Positions 37,961-49,424 of a stretch of DNA of 64,000 bases are shown piece after piece. The notes under the pieces were generated by a model, which saw only the letters and a program-made list of their open reading frames with translations, was not told the DNA's origin and ran no database searches. Source of the stretch: Octopus sinensis. Lineage: Eukaryota. Numbering within the stretch: position 1 is the first letter of the stretch; every line of letters starts with the position of its first letter. Location: positions 74,834,001 through 74,898,000 of the forward strand of contig NC_042999.1 of assembly GCF_006345805.1 (NCBI RefSeq), given 5' to 3'. The position numbers and the translations under genes were made by a program.

Positions 37961-39719
37961 AGATGGTTGATCAGACTATTATTGTTATTGCTAAGTGTAT
38001 ATCCATACAGATTGTCGTTTGGCTGGTTTGAAAGAAAGAAGAATGTAACACAGAAGAAAAGTGATGAGAGGAAGTCAACTTGGAAAATTCTACAGTTCAT
38101 TTTAATTTTGCCAGACTACAATGATTTCACTGCAGTGGTTAGGAAAACGAGACGTTGTCCAATCGATCATGTTATGTCAGAGAAAATCTGAGATAACTAG
38201 AAAGATTTTGTATATGTTAAGAGCTTTCAATATTCACCATGGGGAATGCTGTCAAATGCATTCGTATAGTCGATCCATGCAGTACTCGAATTATATTTTT
38301 TGTGACAGTTTTCAAGGATCGTCTTATTAATCAATAATTGATTTTACAAATATGCATCATCATCATCATTGTTGTCGTCGTCGTTGTTGCTATCAAGAAA
38401 CGTTTCCCACATATTAAATTCAATGGCATTCAATACTGACAATTAGAAATTTTTAAACATTTGTAGGATAGGTCTTTATATATTTGAGTGTTGTATTGCA
38501 AATGACGTTACAACTTTGTATTCATGCTTTTGTCAGTAATGTTTAGAGTGAGCATTTACGATCCTGTGTCGGTGAATTGATATTGAAATTCAACACTGCG
38601 ATACCCGGATTTATCACGCTATGTTTGGCATAATTGTTAGAATACAGAATAAAATATAGTTCTTGTATTACTTTCGGCTCTCGATATTCTGTGCTAAATT
38701 CCGTCCCAGGTTAACTTAAACTTTCATCTTCGGATCTGATAAGTTACCAGTCGAGGGCAATAGATTGGCAGCATTCTTAGAGTACCTGATGAGATGTTCG
38801 GCAGTATTTGTTTAGACAATTTGCTTTCTGAAGTCTTAGATGGCAGACTTAATCTGCCAGGTCAATTCGGCGTCAATAACCAGATAAGAAGTCTTACTTT
38901 TGTAAATTGTAAAAATTGTTTTTGTTTTCATCATATTTTTTCATATATTTTACTGAATACACCATAAATGTAAGGTATAGATGTTTTAAGAATAACAGTC
39001 ACATATTAATATATGAAGAAATAATAACTAAAATTTATTTAGAACAGGACTACCTGTAACCCGTTGTGTCACTGACGGTTCAGTTTATAAAACATTGAAG
39101 CTGATTTTAATATAGCATTGAAATGAAAGTTAATTCTAAGTTGATTCAGTTATATATTTCAATTCGTTCGTGTAACCATAGGTCTGGTTTCAAGTTTGTG
39201 TTTAAGATTTTATTGATTATATACAGCATCTAATTGAAATAGAACTTTCGGGATAAACTTGAACTCCAGTAACAGCATTTATTTATGGTATATGTGCACA
39301 CTTCTACAAAAATGCAAAAGGAATTGTTATATAATGTAAACATAAAATTAATGGAAACAATTTTCCCATTTCAGGATCATGTTACTTTCAGAGTATTTCC
39401 CATTATGCACCGTTTTGGCTATTTATGAAGGTACCCCACAAAATACCGCCCGTCTCGGAAATCCGTAGTCCGATTTATACGAAACTTGTTTTATTCTGCT
39501 TGTATTCACATTTCAGGGATACTTTTTTTAGAATATTTTCTCATTATTTGCCGGTTCGGCTGTAGTAAATGACAAACAAGCAAGCAACCAACCACGGAGT
39601 TTTAGTAGTAAATAGATTATTCTCCTTTTGATATTTATCAAGGACACAAATATAAACACTTGAAGTTAATAATCAGAAACAAATAATGAATATTCGAAAT
39701 GCTGAACTGCTATTTTATC

Positions 39720-40110
39720 TTTTACTTGTTTTAATCCCTGAACAGCGGCCACACTAGGGCACCGCATTGAAGAGTTTAGTTGAAAAAACCGACCCCAGTA
39801 CTTATTTTTTATATCTAGTATTTATTTTATTGGTTTCTTTTGCCGAACCATTTTAGTTGCAGGGACATAAACAAACCCACACAGGTTGTCAAGTATTGGC
39901 GGGGGATAATACAAACACAAAGATATACACACGTATATGCACAGACACAGAGAAAAACATATATGTGCAACGGGTCTCAACACAGTTTCCACCAACCAAA
40001 TTCACTCACAAGGGAGTGATCATCCCGGGATAATAGCTGGCGACACTTGCTCAAGTTGTGCCAAGCAGTGAACCCGAAACCACATGGTTACAAAGCGATC
40101 TTCTTAACCA
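39720..40110 (-). mobile_element. Family B SINE, diverged
   Basis: Reverse complement of GTATGGCTGTGTGGTTAAGA head and both halves. Confidence 0.65.
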
Positions 40111-40424
40111 CACAGCCATACCTGCTTTGAGAAAAAAATCGCACAAAATACATACATGAATAAAAGAAAAACTACTAAACTGTACGACTTACACTGTGCG
40201 TAAGTTCTTGTCTTTGTAATCTATATTTTGAAAAACTATTTCTTTTTTAAGCCAAGAACGAAAACCTAACAGGGCATGAAGCTGTGTTGAATAACATTGC
40301 ATTAGGAGAGTAGCAAAGGACAACCAGTAATTTAGGGCAGTGCTTGCTCTAGGTTACTGGTTGTCGCTCGGCATGTATTTGTTATTTAGCTGGTATCAAA
40401 GAAATGATAATAATAATGATAATA

Positions 40425-40640
40425 ATCCATTCTACAGTAGGCACAAGGCCTGCAATTTTTGCAGTGTGGGATTGTGGATTACATTGACCCGCCAATGCGT
40501 ACATGGTACTCATTTCACTGACTCCGAAAGGATGAAAAGCAAAGTCGACCTCGGTGGAATTTGAACTCAGAACGTAAGGATGAACGAAATGCCACGAAGC
40601 ATTTTGCCCGACGTGCTAACGATTCTGCCAGCTCGCTACT
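40425..40640 (-). mobile_element. Family C SINE
   Basis: GCGAGCTGGCAGAATCGTTAGCACG head on the minus strand plus core. Confidence 0.75.
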
Positions 40641-40644
40641 GCTG

Positions 40645-40718
<74 letters not shown>

Positions 40719-40719
40719 C

Positions 40720-41263
40720 GCCCTGATGCAGTACTAGACAGTGGCTCTCATAGCCTCTGATCTTAACTGATTGGAAGTTTTATGGATATTGTTTTGTCTT
40801 GGTATAAAAGATGGGCTACAGCAAATATTCTGCTCAATACCACAGATTTGCTTGTCAGTTGTTTGACCTTAACCAGTTGAGCATGTCCCTTAGTGGCTGA
40901 CGATATGTGCATCTCTGATCACGAGCAGAAGTAGTGGGGGAGCATCACAGCCATGTGTTGAGAGGGATTCTTAGGGTTTTGAATAATTCACTTCTGGAAA
41001 CATGGGTGTTTCGTTTAACATCCTTAAACAACCCTTATTCAGGGACCTTTTGAGTAGGATAGGTTACTTAACCAGAAGAAAATTCTAACTGGGCCCCACC
41101 TGCAAGGTCATATGCTGTTTATCTTGATCACCATGTTGCCCACTTATGGTTGTGATGCATGTGCCTGGTGTACCCTTATCAGACGGGTAGTCATGATGGG
41201 TATACTGGGCTTCGTATATTTTACCCCAGTGTCACTTTGATGGCATGCACTGCTCTCTCACTC

Positions 41264-41265
<2 letters not shown>
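40720..41265 (+). mobile_element. Third copy of the roughly 550-bp (AAT)n-flanked element
   Basis: Begins GCCCTGATGCAGTAC exactly as the 37160 copy; same 3' end. Confidence 0.8.
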
Positions 41266-41314
<49 letters not shown>

Positions 41315-41317
<3 letters not shown>

Positions 41318-41535
41318 CCTTTCTACTATAGGCACAAGGCCTGAAATTTGGGGAAGGTGGGGCCAGCCGATTAAATCAACTCCAATACGCAACTAGTATT
41401 TAATTTATCGACCCCGAAAGGGAGGAAAAGTAAAGTCGACCTTGGTGGAATTTGAATTCAGAACGTAAAGACGGACGAAATATCGCTAAGCATTTCGCCC
41501 GGAGTGCTAACGATTCTGCCAGCTCACCGCCTTAT
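41315..41535 (-). mobile_element. Family C SINE
   Basis: Head and core as in 40425-40640. Confidence 0.75.
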
Positions 41536-41789
41536 ACTAATAACTAGCGTGAATATTTCACAGAATTAATGGAAAACCTATTGGGTTATTTCTGAAAACT
41601 TTATCCAAAATACCTAAAAGCGTAGCCTCTGTTTTGTCTGTATGGAAATCTAGTCACTCATCTGCTACTCATTGAAAAGTGAAAGAAATTGGAATACGAT
41701 GGTTTCTTAATGCCTTTAACATACTTTATGCACGAGTTTATAGACAGCACTCATAAAATAAATATCCACTCTTATTTTGCCATTTTTAC

Positions 41790-43260
41790 TATAAACAAAA
41801 AGAAAGAAGAACTATCCCGGGATTGCGCACTTTTGCGCTTCCCTAACCAGACTACCGACGACTAGTGCTAACCTTTTAGCTAACACCTTGGCCAAAATCT
41901 AAAACTCTTTGTTTAACAGTTATGGATCGAAAATTCCTTCGTACGTCCCCATTGTTGGTATTCTTTCTCAACAGCGTTACCACATCCCGGCTAACAGTAC
42001 TAGGAATTCTCCCATTCAGCTGCCAGCTACGGTAGACGTCTGCCAAGAATCCGCCTTGGCATGAACTCATAGAATTCATTGGGCAGACCATCCTAACCGA
42101 GTGATTAGTGACAAGTGCAATCGCTCACTACTCCAGTATTTCAGCGGCTGTTATCGGCTTTTCCCTGAACCTCACGAGAGCCGCGGAAGGTAGTCCAAAT
42201 ACGAACTAAAGCCAGCTATCGTTGTCGAGTCATCGGCTTTCTCAAACAGCAGCACGATATGCTGCTGGTAGGTCGCACACATCTTCTCGGAACTGAGTAG
42301 CGCGCACCCGTCCCGATCCATCAGTGATTTTGTTGCCACGTCGTGTTTCCACCGTTTGGGCCCATCGGACAGTTTTAGTTCCTTCGTGTTTGAGTACACG
42401 GGCCTTAGCTCTGACAGCTCAATCTTCGTCGAATAAACGGTCAAGGGCCATTCTCGCTGCTAGAACGTCGGTCGCGATGCCACTGCTAGTTTGGTTACTA
42501 ATTTTCTCTGTAATCTATTTCTATTGTTCGCTTTTTGCTAAACGCTAATTGCCCTCTTCAAGGCGAACTACCACTGGCTGTTGACGATTGTTACCGTCAA
42601 CTGCCGCTTAACAACAAGTTCACTAAACCGGTCTCTAGTTCTGCGTGCCGGTAAGGACACGTTCAACTTCCAGTAACTAGGTCCCTGTCTACGGCTCTAC
42701 AGGTCCCTATCTACAGCTCATAGCTCTACAGCTCATAGATTTGTGAAACCCACTAATTTGACTTGTGGATAACCTACACTATCCCTATTCACTGACCCCA
42801 AAAATACTCTGTGTATGATCTAGATGACCTGTCATCGTTGCTCTATATCCACTATTGCATATCAAGGAAAATTAGTTGGTACCTGTCAGGTAACTGGAAG
42901 TTTCTGAGCGTGGTTTCAAGGCTTTTACATCCCTTCTGCTATGTACTAGCTTCACACAGTCCTTCCGAGTGTCCAAAATACTTTTGCAATCCTCCATTAA
43001 TACTAAAGTGTGAGACGTTCCCAGGAATGTTTCTAGACGTCTCAAGAAACCTGACCTTCCGAACCTTGTCGAAGCATAAATGGCCACCAGTCTAAAGGCA
43101 CCGCCTTCACCGTCACTCACGTCCAGGATTATCATCTTATAGTCCAGGTCGAAGATGATTTCCCGTACTTTGGGATCTAAGGATTTCCAGAATCTATACA
43201 CTTCTACACACTTCATTGAGGCCAGTTTATAACTTCAGAGAAGCGGTAAGCATGTGATAG
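41790..43260 (-). mobile_element. Tx1/L1-like LINE ORF2 fragment (AP endonuclease to start of RT)
   Basis: FRLVAIYAS...FLRRLETFL, GPSYWKLNVSL, VTLLRK...FRSI...ILAKVLAKRL. Confidence 0.8.
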
Positions 43261-43279
43261 GTCTCTAGTTATTGACTAA

Positions 43280-44230
43280 CCCAACCCTTTCTTTTTTTTT
43301 TTGTCCTTGTGTATAAGGACGGTCTTTCCTTTTGTCATCCATATTGCTGTTCCACTTTTTCTACTGTCAGTAAAAGAATTCCCGACAGAATATCTCGTAG
43401 ATAAGAAAGTTAACAAGATACTTAAGAAATTACCGAATTGGAAAGCCTCCAGACCAGACGGTGTTCGGGGATTCTGGCTCAAAAATCTCTCAAGTATACA
43501 CCGCCATAAGCAGCTGTTTCTTACCGATAGTAAATGAGGTATGAATAAAATAAAAAAAAGAATCTTGTTGTAGCCTGGATAGACTACAGGATGTGTGGTA
43601 AGAGGGTCGAAAGCGTGACTCACATTGTTAGTGTTTGTGAAAGTCTTGCGCAGAAAGAATACAAACGCAGACACGACAAGGTAGTCTAAAACATTCGCTA
43701 GCTACTAAGCCGGAAGTATGGATACGAGGTAACGGGTGCATGATACCAACATACACCGGAAAAGGTAATGGACGGAAAGGAGAAGGCAAAAGTCCTTTGG
43801 GACTTTGAATTCCAGACAGACAAGGTGTTAGAGCACAGAATGCCGGATATAGTAACCTTTAGGGAGGACAAACAAGAGTGCCTAATAATCGACGTGGCGG
43901 TACCAGGAGATCAACATATTATTATGAAAGAAAGAGAAAAGATTGTTAAATATGGAGGCCTGAGAATTGAGATCGCCAAGATGTAGCAGCTACAAAGTTG
44001 TCCCTATTGTCATCGGAGCATTGGGTTCAATATCACCCAACCTGAAGAAACAACTGGAAACTTTACAAATACCCTGCAGTCTAAGTGTATTGCAGAAATC
44101 GGTATTATTTGGAACTGCACACACTGCTTCAAGTACTGTCAGTCTTAGGTCCTTCTTGTGACATGACAGACAGTACAAACCCCTGACAGACACTATATCT
44201 TCAATCAACAACATCACGATATTGGATACT
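43280..44230 (+). mobile_element. Internally deleted Dong/R4-like LINE
   Basis: LPNWKASRPDGVRGFWLK joined to LWDFEFQTD...RMPDIV..IIDVAVPGD..EKIVKY; (ACT)n(AAT)n downstream. Confidence 0.85.
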
Positions 44231-44243
44231 GCGCGACATCTTA

Positions 44244-44329
<86 letters not shown>

Positions 44330-44330
<1 letters not shown>

Positions 44331-46235
44331 TTCTTTATTGGTCACCAGGGCCGAACATAAAACATAAAGGACGATACACAGATGAGGGATAGTGGAGTTA
44401 AACGTGTAAACAGTAAAAAAAAATCACAATTAACAAGGAAATTAAATCAACAATGTATTTCGCCAATAGGGGGAGTTCCACTGAGAGATGACCAAAGGAA
44501 TCTCTTTGGACGCCCTAACAACAAAGGTATCTCAGGTAGGCATCCCTCTCCTCCTCATTCCATCCGGCCAACAGGCGCACACTTACAGTAGGCCTATTCA
44601 CGCGGGTCATTCTTGCCACATTCACCTACCTTTCAACAAATTTACCGGGCGACAGCACCTCCCCCTCCAGGCTCACTTTCCTTTTCAGGTGGAACCTGAA
44701 AAAGTCAATATGGCCTTGGCCGAAGATGAAGGTACTCGTCTTTACCTTTTCAATCGCGTCCACCACACAACCTCTTTCGCCATAGTCACCAGACAGAGAA
44801 CAACTACCTGTCCTACCCGGCCAAAGGAAGGAGGTGGGGCGATCTTTACGATGGACTCGGACGATAACCGGATCCGTCCTACACCTGACAATAACTGTTC
44901 GACAAAGCTCCACATGTTAGCAATGAGAGGACACTGTACGAGAGCATGCAGAACGGTTCCATCGCTCAGCGTGCATCTCGGGCAAGCCCGTCTGACTGCA
45001 TACCCGTGTAACGGGAACTGGTTGCTTCTTTACACTTTTGGGGTGCAACTTGGGTGCAACACAATTTCCTTTCTTTTTGTTTCTAGAAACTACCAGTCAG
45101 GAACGAAAAGCAAGTTTAGAAATATATAATTCTTTATTCTCTTATACAAAAATGAAACACGATGGTATACTGGTATCCATTCTTACAACAATTCAGCAGC
45201 AATAGATAGGTTAAATCCCAAGCGTCTGGGACAGGAGAATAGGTTGTTCACACGTATGAAAATACATCCTTTCTCTTCGATCGCTGTGCCTCAAGTCTTA
45301 GCGTCCAGAGACAGCGGAGAAAAATTGGTCTGCAACAATTTCGTATGAAAGGCGTTCTGCTACTGCCTGTCTCTCTGTACCCCTTTGTTCAGGGAACCTC
45401 CCTCGCCTATCAACTAATGCCACATCAGCATTTCCTTCTTCAGTGCTTCGCACATGCGCGAGAGGGCACTTCCCTTCTGCCTTTCCAGAAGGCTCCAAAC
45501 CCGCACGCGCACACTGTTATATAACGTCACTACACCCGTGTATGTAGAGCTTATCGCGAACCGACAAAGCCCCTTGATAGCACTGCCAAGTCAGGGATTT
45601 CTGGAAGTTATCGATAGGCCCTGGCCCGAAAGTCCTCCGTAAGAGACCAACCAGTTGATCCCGCCCGACGCCCAGAACCTCTCCGAGAACGTTGTCAATC
45701 TTGCCCTCCACTGATTCTCTATAAAATTCTAAGAGGAAACACCCACGGACAGCCTTGCCCAACTGACCGAGGGCTGTGACCGCTTGAAGACACTCTAGGT
45801 GCCAAGCGCCCTACCTCGGTCTACTCCTGATCAAGCTGTGGAAAAGCGCTTCCAACAAACGGCGACCACACCTGCTCATCGTTAAGGTATCGCTAGAGAT
45901 GTCGCAGCCTGAGTGCATCATCTGCTACGGCATGCCCAGTCCTCCACACAACGGGAGCTGATAGTAAATGGACCGTCTGACAAGTGGTACCTGTTCCTTC
46001 CACAGGAAGTAGAACAAGCGCACCAGTCAGGGACGACAGTCAGGTGGGTGGATATGACGGATGCATGTACGCATTCGCCACCTCCGCCCGACCTTTCAGG
46101 GACAGCTTTCTCTCGGCCCATTTCTGGGTGAGACTAGCCAGCCTGTCTATCACCTCATTCCAGTTCTCGCCCACTTGGAGGTCCGGACCGAATCAAACTC
46201 CGAGCAACTTAACCGGTCCTTCCGCCCAAATTCCT
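44330..46235 (-). mobile_element. 5'-truncated Tx1/L1-like LINE (RT end, CCHC knuckle, 3'UTR, (ATT)n tail)
   Basis: VKLLGV.FG...WAERKLSLKGR and CPRC...DETVLHALVQC motifs. Confidence 0.8.
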
Positions 46236-46523
46236 TTGGACGCGAAGGAATTATGACAGGAATTACGAAAAATGTAAAATAAGTGTAAATGTGGAAATTT
46301 GAAATATTATCTGGACCGTTCTACGTTTCTTCCTAGACAGAAAAATCGCGTTTTGCTTGTTCGTAACTGGTTAAAACAAGAGGGAAAAAATGGAAAATAG
46401 AAGAGAAAGGAAAAGAGGGAAGAGAATAATGGGAAAGAACATGCTGCATAAAACTAATGGAACTCTCCTGTCATTTTTCACCCCTCCAAGGTATGGTGCT
46501 AATAACACACAAAGAAACAAGTA

Positions 46524-46689
46524 TGAAAAGTGCAAGCGCAGAATCTTAGAATATTCTCAAGTTTTGAATATGGAAAAGTACAGAACAAGCAGCAATTAAG
46601 CCTGGAAAAATACAGGACAAGAAGGAAAAAAACTTAAAATATTGCTGCTGAAGTTAGAATTTAAAATCTAAAGTACTAATAAGTACCCT

Positions 46690-46752
<63 letters not shown>

Positions 46753-47608
46753 TTTATTTTCACTTAAAAGTTTAAAGTAAAATACTCAAGAAGCTATTTA
46801 TTTTCAGAGTAGTTGAATACTGTCAACTTAATGTGACAGTCCCATGAAGGGAATCACACCACCGCTATTTAGCCCTAGGAAGCATCAACGCTTCCTGTCG
46901 GCCTTGACACATTTCCTGTGTCCTTATGCTTACAAGGGAGAGATAAGCACCCCCACCCAGCTAAGTCTGCATCCAGAGACTAGTTTCTGAGTCTTGCTCG
47001 TCATCAGTCTGGAGTAGCATGGCTTGCTAGCTGCAGATGCTTGTCTAGACCTCGTAAACATATAATTCCAGTGAAATAAATCCACTGATCACAAAGTAAT
47101 ATTTCTATATCTATTTTCAATTTTAGTGAAAAGACAATTTGCCTGCAAGTTTACACATTAAAAAGTTGATATTGCAAACATATATTTTTAAAAAGTGACA
47201 TAATAGCAGTTTAAGCAAAATTGAGAATTATAACCTCAGGGCTTTCATTTTTCTTTTTTTAAATATTTTTCTAAATGTAAATACTTTGTTATCTGACAGT
47301 GAAAGCTTTAAAAAAATTCTTTTGTTTCTTTAAAGAAAATGTTATTATATTCTTTTGAATTACATATATTCTTAAATTTTTAAAAATTGCGATGAAAAGT
47401 AAAGGAATATAAAAAAAAAAAAACAGTGCACACACTATTTGATGAACAATTCCTGAAATTTACTTAGCAAATTCTAACTTCAGCAGTAATATTTTAATTT
47501 TATTTTTCTTCCTGTCCTGTATTTTTCCAGGCTTAATTGCTGCTTGTTCTGTACTTTTCCATGTTCGATATTTACGAATATTTTAGGATTCTGAGCTTGC
47601 ATTTTTCA
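46524..47608. repeat. About 140-bp inverted repeat pair (46524-46662 / 47469-47608) enclosing about 800 bp
   Basis: Core ATGGAAAAGTACAGAACAAGCAGCAATTAAGCCTGGAAAAATACAGGACA is present in exact reverse complement. Confidence 0.85.
46972..47013 (-). ncRNA. Minimal type I hammerhead ribozyme motif within a PLE-type repeat
   Basis: Minus strand: UCCAGA-CUGAUGA-cGAG-caaga-CUCa-GAAAC-UA-GUC-UCUGGA; 6-bp stem I, palindromic ACUAGU stem III, C.A mismatch closing stem II. Confidence 0.7.
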
Positions 47609-47899
47609 CTCTTGTCCATTTTTACCCAAAAAGCGATTCTATTGTTATAATTAATTATATTTACATTCATTATAGAAAAAAAATGATACTGTTGTATATA
47701 TACTTTAAAAACACATTTTGTTCAAACTTGGAAATTTTGTTTGCGCCTAAAAATAACAAAGGATTAATAACAACATTTATGTTATAAATTAATGTTTTTA
47801 AACAATTTTTATTATAAAATGTTATATTTTGATTAAATAATTATTAATTAAATTTTTAATAATTGAAATTTTAATTTTTATGCTTTTAATAAGTACTTA

Positions 47900-48430
47900 T
47901 TTTAAGACATACCAAGGAATACCAAGCATGTTTGCACTCCTCACGCAAAGACGTATGAGATGGCTTGGGCATGTTAGCCGTATGAAAGATGGCAGAATCC
48001 CCAAGGACATACTCTACGGAGAGCTTGCTAGGGATACTAGGTCTGTGGGTAGACCGTTCTTACGTTACAAGGATGTTTGCAAAAGGGACATGAAGGCCTG
48101 CAACATCAACATTAGCGGTTGGGAGGCAGTTGCCGGCAACCGTGGAGACTGGCGACGTACCGTAAAAGAGGGAATACAAAGGAGTGACAGAGAGAGAGAG
48201 GAGAAATGGAAAGACAAGAAAAGACGTCAACAAGAAACTATGGCATTACAACCAGCCAGGAACAGTCTTCGCTACATTTGCGGTACCTGCCAGAGGGAGT
48301 GTTAGTCCAGGATAGGACTACACAGCCACAGCAGGAAATGTATCAGGACATGAAATGTAAAAGCCTGACTAGACTACTTTATGCGCAACTCCATTGTCTC
48401 CCGAGACAAAAAGGATGCCAACTCAACTCG
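47900..48430 (+). mobile_element. RTE-BovB-like LINE 3' end
   Basis: RRMRWLGHVSRM.DGRIPKDILYGEL...GRP.LRYKD; C2H2 finger CGTCQREC*SRIGLHSH. Confidence 0.9.
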
Positions 48431-48570
48431 CCAATTTTAAGACATAAACAGAAAAATAAGAGCAAATATGAAATCGCGAAAAGTCATAACTTATTGTTGT
48501 GCTTAATATTTTCAGATGTGGTGTTCTCCAAAATATTCATCGTAATGAACTCTTGAAATAATGATAATGA

Positions 48571-48618
<48 letters not shown>

Positions 48619-48739
48619 GAAATAATAATGAAATAATTCTTCTTAAAAAGACAAAATTATTTTGATTTCTTACAATTATCACCTTTTTTTCTTCGTCTAA
48701 AGTCAACTAACGTTTTTTGTAGTCAATATTTTTAAACAA

Positions 48740-49365
48740 GAAGGCTGGCAGAAACGTTAGCACGCCGGGTGAAATGCGTAGCCGTATTTCGTCTGCCGCT
48801 ACGTTCTGAGATCAAATTCCGCCGAGGTCGACTTTGCCTTTCATCCTTTCGGGATCGATTAAATAAGTACCAGTTACGCACTGGGGTCGATGTAATCCCT
48901 TTGTTGGTTTCCCTTATGTTTAGCCCCCTGTGGGCAATAAAGAAATAAATATTTTTTGACAAGAAGGCGGCGAGCTGGCAGAAACGTTAGCGCGCCGGGC
49001 GAAATGCGTAGCCGTATTTCGTTTGCTGTTACGTTCTGAGTTTAAATTCCGCCGAGGTCGACTTTGCCTTTCATCCTTTCGGGGTCGATTAAATAAGTAC
49101 CAGTTACGCACTGGAGTCGATATAAACGACTTAATCCGTTTGTCTGTCCTTGTTTGTCCTCTCTGTGTTTAGCCCCTTGTGGGTAGTAAAGAAATAGGTA
49201 TCTCGTCTGTCTTTACGTTCTGAGTTCAAATTCCGCCGAGGTCGACTTTGCTTTTTATCCTTTCAAAGTCGATAAATTGAGTACCAGTTGCGATCTACGG
49301 CCGATCTAATCGGGTGGCTTCCTCCCCCAAAATTTCGGGCCTTGTGCCTGAGTAGAAAAGAATAT
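48740..49365 (+). mobile_element. Two tandem family C SINEs (48740-48950, 48962-49365)
   Basis: GGCGAGCTGGCAGAAACGTTAGC head; duplicated GGTCGACTTTGCCTTTCATCCTTTCGGGG core. Confidence 0.85.
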
Positions 49366-49424
49366 TTTTTGACAAGGTTTCCAACATATTCTTCTCATGA
49401 AGCCCTTTCCTCTGAAATAAACCG

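Larger units (their letters stand above)
33990..44330. repeat. Cluster of (AAT)n/(AAC)n/(AAG)n/(ACT)n trinucleotide tracts; (TA)n, (CA)n, (TATC)n and (GA)n tracts are frequent across the whole window
   Basis: Directly visible, e.g. 34047-34210, 34380-34465, 36572-36652, 37712-37805, 40645-40716, 44245-44330. Confidence 0.95.

Noticed and set aside
38780-38840. CTGATGA motif
   Set aside because: No downstream GAAA or cleavage-site helix.
41790-46235. Single rearranged Tx1/L1 element
   Set aside because: The 3' piece lies upstream of the 5' piece on the same strand and the RT core is missing; two separate truncated copies are simpler.
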